From the human T2T-CHM13v2.0 reference genome, Homo sapiens: a DNA stretch of 64,000 nt. Below are positions 33,480 through 49,032 of the stretch, piece by piece. The translations under genes and the position numbers were made by a program. The notes beneath the pieces are model-generated. The model searched no databases. It worked only from the letters and a program-made list of their open reading frames with translations, and was not told the DNA's origin. The stretch lies in NCBI RefSeq assembly GCF_009914755.1, contig NC_060931.1; one strand, written 5' to 3'. How positions within the stretch are numbered: position 1 is the stretch's first letter; each line of letters starts with the position of its first letter.

Positions 33480-33568
33480 GGGTTGATAGGTGCAGCAAAC
33501 CACCATGGCACATGTTTACCTATGTAACAAACCTGCACATGTATCCCGGAACTTAAATTACAAAAAAA
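33480..33568 (+). mobile_element. Severely 5'-truncated L1PA 3' tip (~90 bp)
   Basis: ggttgataggtgcagcaaaccaccatggcac...acttaaa plus A tail; TSD cacagtgg. Confidence 0.85.
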
Positions 33569-33837
33569 ACACAGTGGCTCACATTGTGCTTAATATGTGA
33601 ATCTACCCATTCTTTCCAGATGCTAAAGATTCACTCATGCTTTTTTTGTTTCCCACCAACCACAAACCTAAATAATCGCAAGTCTTAAAAAGCATCAAAT
33701 GTCCTAGGGAACACACGGAAGTACTATATTTACATTTTACAATAAACTCCAATTCATCCCAAGTGGAGAGAACTTGGAATTGAGGCACTGTGAGACCCAA
33801 GGATTCTTTCAGTCCTAAACCAGCTTTCTTCTCTAGG

Positions 33838-34020
33838 CCAGTGGTTCTCAGTCTTGATTACAAATTCAAGTGGGTAGACTGAAAATGTTCCAATGCCCAG
33901 GCCACAGCCCTGACCAATTAAAACAGCATTTCTATGGGTTAGAACCAAGCATGAGTTATGTTTTCATGTTTTTAATATTCCCAGGTGGTACCAATGTGCA
34001 GCCAAAATTGACAATCACTA
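33838..34020. mobile_element. MER5-family hAT element
   Basis: cagtggttctca ... ttgacaatcact termini. Confidence 0.7.
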
Positions 34021-34026
34021 TGCTAG

Positions 34027-34429
<403 letters not shown>

Positions 34430-35279
34430 TGATTTTTAATCACTAATAAATTATAAAAGAGAAAGCACATAAACAACAAAACTATTTCACACACTTCCTA
34501 TTCCTTTTCCCAGATCTAATACTAGGTCTTTAGCTATCAAAAGGCTGAGATAAGAAATAAAGGTTCATGTATTTTAGGACACTTTATTACAGAAGCTGGA
34601 TTCACAGCAGTTGCATGAGGGAGAGTGTGGTAGAGGGTGACATACTGAATAACCAACATGTAGTGATCTTCAGCCTCAGTAGTGATTACAAAGGAAAGAG
34701 AGACATTCCATACTGCTGCATCACAACCATTTTTGAATGGCCCCAAGGCTAACTGAGAAGCAAGGACATCTCCCCTGTTTAAGGAGAAAAATTCTACATG
34801 GTGGCAATAAGAATTAAAAGCTCTGAGAAGCCAGGGTCCCTGAACCTCCAGGTATAAACATTCTTTTATGGGTGAAATAAATACATACACCAGAGCCACA
34901 CACAGCCACACCCATGCACTCACAAGCAATACACCGTATGTATGCATACACCATACTCAAACATAAAACAAACATATATTTACAAACACATGTAAGTCAA
35001 AGCCAATCAAGTATTAAACATGTTTACCTGACTGCTTTTCAGAGAAACTAATCTGAAATACTTAAATAAAAAAAAAAAAAAAGGAATGCCAAAGGAAAAT
35101 TTTTCCCATGGAAATTGACAATTGGGGCATCTTTATCTTTTAATTAAATATTATCCGTTTTCTGAATAGATAATACAAGCACATGATTCAAAATTCAAGA
35201 AATAAAAAGAAATAACATTGAAAAGTCACCCTCGTATCTCTGTCCCAACTATGCACTTAACAAAAACAATCACTGTTAT

Positions 35280-35953
35280 TGTTGCAGGTAGTTAGACAGT
35301 CAAGAGTGGGGCAGGAGAGGGCTACTGCCCCACCCACTAGGAACGTCGGTTGATGATTTGGAAGTTATCACATTGCCTCTCTAAAACTGATAAATTGGCA
35401 GCCAGTGCCAGGGAGAGGACATTTCCTGATGGTCCACGCCTGGTGCATTAAAGTGTTAATTGAATGCAAATGCCAGGGAGAAGCAACTTCCAGGGCATGT
35501 GCTTTAAGACACAAAATGGTGGAGTATGACCTTCCGGGGGCACTCCACCTGAAAAAGGAAGAAAGCCTCAGGTGGGCATGCATAGAAATTCCTAAACACA
35601 CTGCCTGTGCTCACCTCTTAAGGGTAAGGAGGGCACTGGACATGTGGGCAGCCCACCCTAAGGGAAGAATCTTGGGAAAGGAGCCAGGCTATAAAGTCCT
35701 CGGATCAAGGTTAAACACTGCACCTGACCTCAGTGCCCACGTGGGACTCTTCCAAGCGTACTTTCCTTTCTTTCTTTCCTGTTCTAAAGCCTTTTTAAAT
35801 AAACTTCCACTCCTGCTCTGAAATGTACCTTGGTCTCTTTTTCTGCCTTATGCCCCTCAGTCGAATTCTTTCTTCTGAGGAGGCAAGAATTGAGGTTGCT
35901 GCAGACCTGTACGGATTCGACACCAGTAACTTGGATATCTTGCACTGGAAACA
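35280..35953 (+). mobile_element. ERV1 solo LTR (MER50-like)
   Basis: TG...CA termini; 4-bp TSD TTAT; TATAAA near 35690; AATAAA at 35798-35803. Confidence 0.82.
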
Positions 35954-36362
35954 TTATCAGCACCTTCCCTGTTAGAACTGACATTTTTAGATAAACAATT
36001 TGGAACGTAAAATCTCATTCCTCTGAGATTTTAAATACATCGTAAGAAGAAATTAAGCTCTTACTCTAAGACTGTCATCCAGAATTCCCTAATCCTACCC
36101 AACAAAGGGTATGCTCTCAAAACATGCAATCTTTATTTCTACTGTTTTTATTTTTAGCAACCATACTTAATCTGTCACCAAGTCTTACCAACTATCCTAC
36201 TGCATAAAACAAAAGTTGTTATTTTACCTCTATTCCTACAAGCATCACCCTAATCCACATCTTTATCACCATTACCTTTACATAGTGGTTTCTCGGCTAG
36301 CTTTCAAGTCTCTCATTGAAATCCACCCAGCCAGATTTATCTTCTTAAAAATGCAGTTTTTG

Positions 36363-36730
<368 letters not shown>

Positions 36731-37835
36731 TTATGTTGAATCTTCTGGGAATACCATTTAATAAAATCCTTAGTTAATAAGTCTAAGCTATTATAAGTTG
36801 ATCTATAAGGCATCAGTTCTCACCATTTCCCAATATAGCTGCCTCCCCTCCAATCAATTTCCTTTCCCTCCCTGTTTTTTTATCTTAGACTTTTACTATT
36901 AAATATAACACAAGCATGGAAAACCACACTCAGAGATACACAGCTAAAGGAACTTAGAAGCAACACACAGATCAGGAGACAGGATCATGTGAGCCACCAC
37001 AGAAGCCCTCATTTACTCCCTCCCAATGCCATTACCCTTCATGCCAACCAAGAGAAACCACTACTCTTTTACATTAATCACTTCCTTACTTTTTTTTTTT
37101 ATTACTGAAGTACAAATACCTAAGTGCTATGGTTTAATTTTTCTTGTTTTTAATCTGTTCTCTCACCTTCTCTTTTTTTCATTGCAATTTGTTGAATATA
37201 TTGGATCATCTGTCCTAAAGTTTCCCACAGACTGGGTTTTGTTGACTGTATTCCCTTGATGCAGTTTAACAAGTTCCTCTATCTTCTATATTACCTGTAA
37301 ATTAGTAGTTGGATGCGGGCAGCTTCATCAGATTTAAGTTTAGTATTTTTGGCAAGATTAAACATTAGAGGGTGGTATATTTTAAGAGATGTATGATTTT
37401 CTCTCTTTTTGTGTTGAGTATCAGCCACTGATATTCAATGTCAAAATCCACTGAAACATAAGTGACTGCAAAATAGTAATAATCCAATTCTGTCATTTTG
37501 TATTTATAAGCATATGAAATTTCTCTATAAAAATAAACTTTACCTCATTGACTATTTGTTTACCTAGGAGTATTGTTCATACTGAAAACTAAAAATAAAT
37601 ACTTAATCTTTCCCTTATTAGTTTTCAAAATGAAGAAATAATTTCCTAATATTCACCAATAATGAAAAATTAGTCGGTGAGGGCGGGGGGGAGGTGGGTG
37701 TTCTGGGGTTTTGCTTTTTTTTTTTTTTGATATCATTATGAAATTGATTTAAACATAATAAGGGATGCCCAACCCATCATGGCTCTTATCCTTATTGATG
37801 CTCAAAGTGTTCCATTTCGGCCAGCAGAAGCCTCT

Positions 37836-37927
37836 GAGAGTGATTAACTGTACCACTTTGCCTGAGACTGAGAAGTTTCCCAAGTTTTAGGACTTTCAGT
37901 AGTAAAACTAAAATAGCTGGTCACCCA
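37836..37927. mobile_element. MER81-like hAT-Blackjack MITE
   Basis: tttgcctgagactgag...ggactttcagt...ggtcaccc. Confidence 0.6.
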
Positions 37928-38102
37928 AAGCCTATTCAAGTCAGTTCCTGAGTTCCTTTGTCATGAACCGAGCAGTCGTTGATAGCCTCCTTGGTATCTG
38001 GTATAAAAATGTTCCAGGATCATTTTATACATTTCATGCCCCAGACCTGGAATCAAAGATTTCTCAAAGAAGCCCTGGTTTCTTTTAGTAGAAAACAGCA
38101 TT

Positions 38103-38434
<332 letters not shown>

Positions 38435-39028
38435 TAGGTTTGTTCATTTCTGGGACTTTTCCATAGACATAGCAAGGAAATGCCAGCATTAAAATATCAC
38501 ATAAATATTCATTTGATTTATGCCACAATACACATAAAACATTCTCAGATTAACATACATATACATATGCACAAATATATATATACACACAAATATAAGG
38601 TATATACTATTTTTAAATGACATTAAAGAATCTCAAGTTCATACTGATACTTCTAATTAAAAATCAGAAGTAGAGGATTTAGCCTTCTTACATCTATATA
38701 AATATAAACAGTATATAATTTCTTCCACATTAAGATTCCTAGCTCTCAAGGACACAGGAGATAACAAAATTAGAATAATGTATAATTATTCATTTGCTCT
38801 GCTGCACAATACACAGAAAATACCTGAGCAACAAAACAAACACTACAGTCAAAAGTATGATGGCAGAAAATAGTTTTTAAAATTTTTTGCATATGCTCTT
38901 CCCACTGTTTTTTACAGCTGAATTATATTTCTTTGCCAAAACATATAGTCATTACACACTATTCTTTATAACTTTCATTTAATACTAGTTCTCATGCTTA
39001 ACACTAGTCTCACGGTGATTTTTTTCTA

Positions 39029-42000
39029 GTCAGTCTTTGCTGTTCTGCAGCCTCCACTGGTGATACTCAAGGACACAGGGTCTGGAGTGGACCCGCAGCA
39101 AACTCCAGCAGACCTGCAGCAGAGGGGCCTGACTGTTAGAAGAAAAACTAATAAACTGAAAGCAATAGCATCAACACCAACATCATGCAAAAACTCCATC
39201 CAAAGGTCACCAACAGCAAAGACCAAAAGGTAGATAAATCCACGAAGATGAGGAAAAACCAGCACAAAAAGGCTGAAAATGCCAAAAACCAGAATACCTC
39301 TTCTCCTCCAAAGGATCACAACGCCTCACCAGCAAGGGAACAAAAGTGGATGGGGAATCAGTTTGACAAATTGACAGAAGGAGACTTCAGAAGGCGGGTA
39401 ATAACAAACTCCTCCAAGCTACAGGAGCATGTTCTAACCCAATGCAAGGAAGCTAAGAGCTTTGAAAAAAAGGTTAGAGGAATTGCTAACTAGAATAACC
39501 AGTTTAAAGAACATAAATGACCTGATTGAGCTGAAAAACAGCAGGAGAACTTCGTGAAGCATACACAAGTATCAATAGCCGAATAGATCAAGTGGAAGAA
39601 AGGATATCAGAGACTGACGATCAACTTAATGAAATAAAGCATGAAGAAAAGATCAGAGAAAAAAGAATGAAAAAGAACAAACAAAGCCTCCAAGAAATAC
39701 AGGACTATGTGAAAAGACCAAACCTACATTTGATTGCTGTACCCGAAAGCGATGGGGAGAATGGAACCAAGTTGGAAAACACACTTCAAGATATTATCCA
39801 GGAGAACTTCCCTAACCTAGCAAGACAGGCCAACATTCAAATTCAGGAAATACAGAGAAGACCACTAAGATACTCCTCAAGAAGAACAACCCCAAGACAG
39901 ATAATCATCAGATTCACCAAGGTTGAAATGAAAGAAAAAATGTTAAGAGCAGCCCAAGAGAAAGGTCAGGTTACCCACAAAGGGAAGCCCATCAGACTAA
40001 CAGCAGATCTCTCTGTAGAAACCCTACAAGCCAGAAGAGAGTAGCAGCCAATACTTAACATTCTTAAAGAAAAGAATTTTCAACCCAGAATTTCATATCC
40101 AGCCAAACTAAGCATCATAAGCAAAGTAGAAATAAAATCCTTTACAGACAAGCAGATGCTGAGAGATTTTATCACCACCAGGCTTGCCTTACAAGAGCTC
40201 CTGAAGGAAGCACTAAATATCAAAAGGAAAAACTGGTACCAGCCACTGCAAAAACAAACCAAAAGTTAAAGACCATCAACACTATGAAGAATCTGCATCA
40301 ACTAATGAGCAAAATAACAAGCTAGCATCATAATGACAGGATAAAATTCACACATAACAATATTAATCCTAAATTTAAATGGGTTAAATGCTCCAATTAA
40401 AAGGCACAGACTGGCAAATTGGATAGAGTTAAGACCCATTCATGTGATGAATTCAGGAGATCCATCTCATGTGTAAAGACACATATAGGCTGAAAATAAA
40501 GGGATGGGTGAATATTTACCAAGCAAATGGAAAGCAAAAAAAAAAAAAGTGGGGGTTGCAATCCTAGTCTCTGACTGTTTAGACTTTAAACCAACAAAGA
40601 TCAAAAAAGACAAAGAAGCCCATTACATAATGGTAAAGGGATCAATGCAACAAGAAGAGCTAACTATCCTAAATATATATGCACGCAATACAGGACCACC
40701 CAGATTCATAACCAAGTTCTTAGAGATCTACAAAGAGATTTAGACTCCCAGACAGTAACAGTGGGAGACATTAACACCCCAATGTCAATATTAGTCAGAT
40801 CAACGAAACAGAAAATTAACAAGGATATTCAGGACTTGAACTCAGCTCTGGACCAAGCAGACCTAATAGACATCTACAGAACTCTCCACCCCAAATCAAC
40901 AGAATATACATTCTTCTCAGTACCACACAGCACTTATTCTAAAATTGGCCACATAATTGGAAGTAAAACACCCCTCAGGAAATGTAAAAGAATGGAAATC
41001 ATAACCAACAGTCTCTCAGACCACAGTGCAACCAAACTAAAACTCAGGATTAAGAAATTCTCTCAAAACCGCACAACTATATAGAAACTGAACAACCTGA
41101 TCCTGAATGACTACTGGGCAAATAACAAAATTAAGGCAGAAATAAATCAGTTCTTTGAAACCAATGAGAACAAAGACACAACATACCAGAATCTCTGGGA
41201 CACAGCTAAATCAGTGTTTAGAGGGAAATTTATAGCACTAAATGCCCACAGGAGAAAGTGGGAAAGATCTAAAATTGACACCCTAACATCACAATTAAAA
41301 GAACTAGAGAAGCAAGAGCAAACAAATGCAAAATCTAGCAGAAGACAAGAAATAACTAAGAGCAGAACTGAAGGAGATAGAGACATGAAAAACCCTTCAA
41401 AAAAAATCAATGAATCCAGGAGCTAGTTTTTTGAAAAGACTAACAAAATAAACCACTAGCCAGACTAACACAGAAGAAAAGAGAAGAATCAAATAGACAC
41501 AATCAAAAATGATAAAGGGGATATCACCACTGATCCCACAGAAATACAAACTACCATCACAGAATACCATAAACACCTCTATGCAAATAAACCAGAAAAT
41601 CCAGAAGAAATGGATACATTCCTGGACATATACACCCTCCCAAGACTAAACCAGATAGAAGTTGAATCCCTGAATAGACCAATAACAAGTTCTGAAATTG
41701 AAGCACTAATAGCCTACTAACCAAAAATAGCCCAGGACCAGACAGATCAACAGCTGAATTCTACTAGAGGTGTTGCAAAGAGGAGCTGGTACCATTCCTT
41801 CTAAAACTATTCTAAACAATAGAAAAAGAGAGACTCCTCCCTAACTCATTTTATGAGGTCAGCATCACTCTGATACCAAAATCTGGCAGAGACACAACAT
41901 AAAAAATTTCAGGCCAATATCCCTGATGAACATCAATGTGAAAATCCTCAATAAAATACTGGCAAACTGAATCCAGCAGCACATTAAAAAGCCTATCCAC

Positions 42001-43808
42001 CATGATCAACTCGGCTTAATCCCTGGGATGCAAGGCTGGTTCAACATATGCAAATCAATAAACATAATCCATCACATAAACAGAACCAATGACAAAAACC
42101 ACATGATTATCTCAACAGATGCAGAAAAGGCCACAAAATTCAACAGCCCTTCATGCTAAAAACACTCAATAAACTAGGTATTGATGGAACATATCTCAAA
42201 ATAATGAGAGCTATTTATGGTAAACCCATAGCATTCCCTTTGAAAACTGGCACAAGTCAAGGATGCCCCTTCTCACCACTCCTATTCAACATATTATTGG
42301 AAGTTCTGGCCAGGGCAATCAGGCAAGAGAAAGAAATAAAGGGTATTCAAATAGGAAGAGAGGAAATCAAATTATTTCCGTTTGCAGATGACATGATTGT
42401 ATATATAGAAAACTCCATCGTCTCAGCCCAAAAACTCCTTAAGCTGATAAGCAACTTCAGTGAAGTCTCAGGATACAAAATCAATGTGCAAAAATCACAA
42501 GCATTCCTATACACCAATAATAGAGAGCCAAATCATGAGCAATCTCCCATTCACAATTTCTACAAAGAGAATAAAATACCTAGGAATACAACTTACAAGA
42601 GATGTGAAGGACCTCTTCAAGGAGAACTACAAACCACTCCTCAAGAAAATAAGATAGGACACGAACAAATGGAAAAACATTCCATGCTCATGGATAGGAA
42701 GAATCAATATCATGAAAATGGCCATTCTGCCCAAAATAATTTATAGATTCAATACTATTCCCATCAAGCTACCATTGACATTCTTCACAGAATTAGAAAA
42801 AACTACTTTAAATTTCATATGGAACCAAAAAAGAGCCCATATAGCCAAGGCAATCCTAAGCAAAAAGAACAAAGCTAGAGGCATCACACTGCCTGACTTC
42901 AAACTATACTGCAAGGCTACAGTAACCAAAACAGCATGGTACTGATACCAAAACAGATACATAGACCAATGGAATAGAAATATAGATCAATGGAACAGGC
43001 CTCAGAAATAACACCACATATCTACAACCATCTGATCTTTGACAAACCAGACAAAAACAAGCAATGGGGAAAGGATTCCCTATTTAATAAATGGTGCTGG
43101 GAAAACTGGCTAGCTGTATGCAGAAAACTGAAACTGGAGCCCTTCCTTATACACTTTACACTGTTGGTGGGAGTGTAAATTAGTTCAGCCATTGTGAGGC
43201 TATTTCTCAAGAATCTAGAACAAGAAATACCATTTGACCAGCAATCCCATTACAGGGTATATACCCAAAGGATTATAAATCATTCTATACCCAAAGGATT
43301 ATAAATCATTCTACTATAAAGATACACACACACGTATGTTTACTGCAACACTGTTCACAATGGCAAAGACTTGGAACCAACCCAGATGTCCATCAACGTT
43401 AGACTGGATAAAGAAAATGTGGCACATATACACCACGGAATACTATGCAGCCATAAAAAAGAATGAGCTCATGTCCTTTGCAGGGACAAAGATGAAGCTG
43501 GAAACCATCATTCTCAGCAAACTAACACAGGAAGAGAAAACCAAACGCTGCATATTCTCACTCATCAGTGGGAGCTGAACAATGAATACATGGACACAGG
43601 GAGGGGAATATCACACACCAGGGCCTGTCAGGGGGTGGGGCCAAGGGGGAGGGATAGCATTAGAAGAAATATCTAATGTAGATAATGGGTTGATGGGTGC
43701 AGCAAACCACCATGGCACATGTATACCTATGTAACAAACCTGCACATTCTGCAAATGTATCCCAGAACTTAAAGTATAATTTAAAAAAAAAAGAAAGAAA
43801 AAAAAAAG
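39029..43808 (+). mobile_element. L1PA7-like LINE-1, 5'UTR-truncated, with internal ORF2 deletions
   Basis: ORF1/ORF2 fragments including FADD; 3'UTR ctaatgtagataatgggttgatgggtgcagcaaacc; A tail. Confidence 0.9.
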
Positions 43809-43949
43809 AGCAAAGGATTATTTGAATAGACATGTCTCCAAGGAAGATACATAAATGGCCAAAAGGCACCACAGAAGATGCTCAATATCATTAGCCATTA
43901 GGAAAATGCAAATCAAAATGACAATGAGATACTACTTCATACCCAATAA

Positions 43950-44624
43950 TGATACAGGAGATAGAAATTATTTAGGCAGACAATAAGGGCAACAGAGTCC
44001 TTGGCAGAATTTCCCTTTTAACAAAAAGCAGCTCCCAAATCATTTCTTTTCTGACAAAGAGCAGCCTGAAAAATCGAGCTACAGACATAGATAAGCAAGC
44101 TGGAAATTGAACAGGTGAATGCCAGCAGCTGTGTCAATAGAAAAGGGCTACCTGGAAGCCAGGTATGTTCAACATGGAGGCTCCATCTTTGCTTTTCTTT
44201 GTAACCACATGTACAGTAAAGAAGCAGGCAACACAGCACCAGCCAGCCAGAGAATTCATCTGCATAATAAAAGATTAGGGCAGGGCGGCCAGCTTTTTCA
44301 CATGCTATGCAAGTGGCACACCTAGCCCTAACTAGTTTTTTGCACCTTAGGCAAATAGCACACCTGGTCTGACCAATCTTTCATGCCCTATGTAAATTAG
44401 ACACTGCCTCCTCAAGCTCATCTATAAAACTCAACTGCATTTCACAATAAAAGCAGCAACCCAGTTCTCCAGGACCCCTCTCTGCAGCAGAGAGAGCTCT
44501 TCTCTTTCTTTCGCCTATTAAACTTCCACTCTGAACATCACTATTTGTGTGTCTGCGTCCTAGTTTTGTGTGGCTGTAAGACAACAAAACTCAGCTATTT
44601 ACTCAAGACAACGATGCCACTTCA
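43950..44624 (+). mobile_element. ERV1 (MER4-group) solo LTR
   Basis: TG...CA termini; 4-bp TSD ATAA; TATAAAA near 44423; ATTAAA near 44517. Confidence 0.82.
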
Positions 44625-44987
44625 ATAAGATGGCAGTATTAAAAAAAAGTACAGAAATTAGAATCTTCATACATTGTTGGTAATAATGGAAAACAGTCCA
44701 GTTGCCTTGGAAATAGTTTGGCATTCCTCAAAATGTTAAACATAGAGTTAGCATATGACCTAGCATAATATGCTCTCAGGTATATACCCAAGAATTGAAA
44801 AAAAAAAAAGCACACACAAATATTATTTATGCAACGTTTGTTCTTAGCAGTCTACTCAAAATAGTTAAAAAGTAGAAACAACCTAAATATTCATCAACTG
44901 ATGAAAGGATAAACAAATTGAATGGATAAACAAAATGTGATATATTCATAAAATGATATATTATTTGACCATATAAGTAAAGAAGTA

Positions 44988-45429
44988 CCTAAGTCCTCAT
45001 TAAACATCATCAACTGGTTCTTTTGACTTTAAGTGAAAACAATGGACCAGGCGGCTCACTCCTGTAATCCCAGCACTTTGGGAGGCTGAGGAAGATGGAT
45101 CACTTGAGTCCAGAAGTTTGAGACAAGCCTGGGCAACATAGTGAGAGACACTGTCTAAAAAAAATTAAAATTTAAAAAAAAATTAGCTGGGCATGGTGGT
45201 GCGTGCCTGTTGTCTCAGCTACTCAAGAGGCTGCACTCCAGCCTGGATGACAGAGCAAGACCCTGTCTCAAAAAACAACAACAACAAAGCAACGTATAAT
45301 GAAACCCAGTTTTTTCCTCCTCAGTGTTATAATGAAATGACATGTTATTCAAGGACCTGCTGTATGTTCTTTTACTTAAAGTTGCAGTTTCCAAGAACCT
45401 ATCAATGACATTAAATAAGAACTTACTGT
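44988..45429. mobile_element. MER82-like TcMar-Tigger element interrupted by an AluJ
   Basis: Inverted termini taagtcctcattaaacatc / gacattaaataagaacttactg. Confidence 0.6.
45045..45290 (+). mobile_element. AluJ with right-arm deletion
   Basis: actcaagagg joined directly to ctgcactcca. Confidence 0.85.
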
Positions 45430-46344
45430 ACTGACATATGCTACAATATGGATGAACCTTGAAAACATTACATTAAGAAGGCAAATACTACATAATGAAT
45501 GATCAATTTCCATGAAATGTCCTGAATAGGGAAATCCAAAAAGGAAGACTGCAGATTAGTGCAGATTAGTTGAGAGCTTGGCGTAGAGAAGTGGATAGAG
45601 GGAGTAACTGCTAATGGGCATAGAGTTTCTTTTTTGGGTAATGAAAATATTCTGGCATTAGATAATATTATAGTATAATTAGATATTGTATTCACAAGAT
45701 GCAATCTTGTGAATATAGTAAAAACCCCTAAACTGTACATGTTAAAGTGATTATTTTATGGTATGTAACTTATAACTCAATTTTTAATAATGAGTGTGAC
45801 TTCTAACAATGATGGAATAGGGTCAGACTTACTTTTCCATTTTAAACAACTAGAAAATTGAACAAAATACACGAAATAATTTTAGAACAACAGGAATGAA
45901 TAATTGGACAATAATTGGATAACAGAAAACACAGGTCTGTGATCTTTGAGAGAAACAAGAAAATGAGCTTAACAATTGTCTCAGATTACCACTGGGAGAC
46001 AATTTTCAGGCCACAGCAAAGGGAAGGCAAGGGAAACAGAGCATGACAGTCTCTCTGAAGTTGGGAAGTAGAGATTACATTTCAAGAAAGCCAAAAAAGC
46101 TAGTGTTTATGGGCAGAGAATTGGAGAAAAGCTGCAAAAACAGAGGTTGTGCAGATAAGCAGAAAAATAGCTTCCAGTCTTCTGAGTACCAATCTGTGCA
46201 TGTGTGAGAGGAAGCACAGGAAAAGAAACACTGAAACAACAGTAGAAAGACCTAATAGTAAACAGGGCTAAACTAGCCCTAGGCTAAAGGCTGTTCTGGA
46301 CCTGTACTAACAAAGATTTAAAACTAAATCTCAAAAAGATTAAT

Positions 46345-46668
46345 GGTGGCTCATGCCTGCAATCCCAGCATTTTGGGAGGCCAGGTAGGAGTATCACTTG
46401 AGGCCAGGAGTTTGAAATCAGCCTAGGCAACATGGTGAGACTCCCATCTCTACAATAAAAAAAAAAAAAAAATTAGCTGGGCATGGTAGTGTGTGCCTTT
46501 AGTCCCAGCTACTTGGGAGGCTGGGGCAGGAGGATTGCTTGAGCCCAGCACTTAGAGGTTACAGTGGGTCAAGACTGCCCCACTATACTCCAGCCCAAGT
46601 GACAGGGCAAGGCCCTGTCTCAAAAAATAAATAAATAAATAAAAATTAAAATTAAATAAAAAAAAAAA
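46345..46668 (+). mobile_element. AluJ
   Basis: Dimeric Alu, J diagnostics. Confidence 0.87.
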
Positions 46669-46722
46669 GATCAAACTGATTCCAAGTAACTTAAGTGTGA
46701 ACCAGAAAAAAGTCCAACATTA

Positions 46723-47210
<488 letters not shown>

Positions 47211-47258
47211 TTTATAAACATGTATATGTTCAAGAAGGTAAATGAAAACATGAATGTC

Positions 47259-47548
47259 AGCCGGACACAGTGGCTCATACTTGTAATTCCAGCACTTTGG
47301 GAGGCCAATACAGGTGGAATGCTTGACCTCAGGAGTTCGAGACCAACCTGAGCAGCAGGACAGAACCCGGTCTCTACAAAAAATACAAAAATTGGCTGGG
47401 TGTGGTGGTGCATGCCCATAGTCTCAGCTACTCAGGAGGCTGAGATGGGAGGATAGCTTGGGCCTGGGAGGAAGAGATTGCAGTGGGTTGAGATCGTGCC
47501 ACTGCACTCCAGCCTGGGCAACAGAGTGAGACCCTGTCTCAAAAAAAA

Positions 47549-47565
<17 letters not shown>
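47259..47565 (+). mobile_element. AluJ followed by (TA)n/(TG)n simple repeat to about 47610
   Basis: Dimeric Alu; tail A run then TA run. Confidence 0.88.
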
Positions 47566-47588
<23 letters not shown>

Positions 47589-47696
47589 TGTATTTATGCG
47601 TGTGTGTATTTATATAAATGAAATTGAAATATAAATGTCATAACAGAAAGAGAAGATATAAAAAGACACAAATATAAACTAGAGATGAAAACTATA

Positions 47697-47997
47697 GGCC
47701 GGGGATGGTGGCTCACACCTGTAATCCCAGCACTTTGGGAGGCTGAGGCGTGCGGATCACGAGGTCAGAAGTTCGAGACCAGCCTGGCCAATATGTTGAA
47801 ACCCTGTCTCTACTAAAAATACAAAAATTAGCTGGGCATGGTGGCAGGCACCTGTACTCCCAGCTACTCAGGAGGCTGAGGCAGAAGAATTGCTTGAAGC
47901 CAGGAGGCGCGGTTGCAGTGAGCCGAGATGGTGCCACTGCACTCCAGCCTGGGCAACAGAGTGAGACTCCATCTCAAAAAAGAAAAAAAAAAAAAAA
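47697..47997 (+). mobile_element. AluS (Sg-like)
   Basis: ggatcacgaggtca; TSD aaaactata. Confidence 0.9.
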
Positions 47998-48733
47998 CTA
48001 TAAAAACACACAGGATGGGATTAACAGCAGATTAGATACTTAATTAAAAAGATTAGTAAATTTACAAGCAATTTCAGGTAGATTATAGATCTAAACATAT
48101 GAGGCAAAACAATACGTGCTTTTGAAGGCAATATACAATATCTTCATAGCTTCAGGGTAGAGAAAGTTATCTTGTGAGAATTTTTCATAAAAGAGAACTA
48201 ACCATAAAAGAAAAATTAGATAAATTTAACTTCTCTCCAACAACAGACAAGAGCGAGAAGGAGAAAAAAATGGATAGGCAGAGGAATATCTGAAACACAC
48301 ATAATAGATGACTTACAAGAGGTTCAATCTCCTTAGTAATTAGCTCTTAGAAAAACAAAACCACAACAAGATACCACCACACACCTAAAATATTAGCAAA
48401 AACTAACAAGTTTGACAACACTAAGTGTTGACAAGGATACAAACTAAAAGGAACTCTCATATACTGATAGCATATGTGGTATAACCATTTGGTAAAATAG
48501 TTTGGCATTATCTAATAAAGTTGAAAATCAGAAACCCTATAACCCAGAAATCTCACTCCCAGGATATAACTTACACAAAGGGGTATTAGCATGAGCCAAC
48601 ATATATTTGTAAAAAAGTTTTCACAGCCATATTACTCATAATGGTCCCAATCTGGAAACAATCCAAATTCCATAAGCAGAATATTCATATAATGACATAT
48701 TCTACAGCAATAAAAATGAAACAAAACAAGCAA

Positions 48734-49032
48734 GGCCAGGCATGGTGGCTCACGCCTGTAATCCCAGCACTTTGGGAGGCCGAGGCAGGTGGATCACTTG
48801 AGGTCAGGAGTTCGAGACCAGCTTGGCCAACATGGTGAACTCTGTCTCTACTAAAAACACAACAAAAAAATAGCCAAATGTGGTGGCAGGTGCCTGTAAT
48901 CCCAGCTACTTGGGAAGCTAAGGCAGGAGAATCCTTGAACCTGGGAGGCGGAGGCTGCAGTGAGCCAAGATCGCTCCATTGCATTCCAGCCTAGGCAACA
49001 GAGCACAACTCTGTCTCAAAAAAAAAAAAAAA
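48734..49032 (+). mobile_element. AluS (Sx/Sz-like)
   Basis: Dimeric Alu. Confidence 0.9.

Larger units (their letters stand above)
43810..45790 (+). mobile_element. L1MB/MC 3' end hosting an LTR and a Tigger-family element
   Basis: ggaaaatgcaaatcaaaa...gagatactac resumes after the LTR; L1M 3'UTR terminus near 45780. Confidence 0.72.

Noticed and set aside
34537-34947. 136-aa minus-strand ORF near exon 6
   Set aside because: No recognisable homology and no convincing splice sites linking it to the COG5 frame
35405-35821. 138-aa ORF
   Set aside because: Lies wholly inside a solo LTR and starts at GTG; no gag/pol/env similarity
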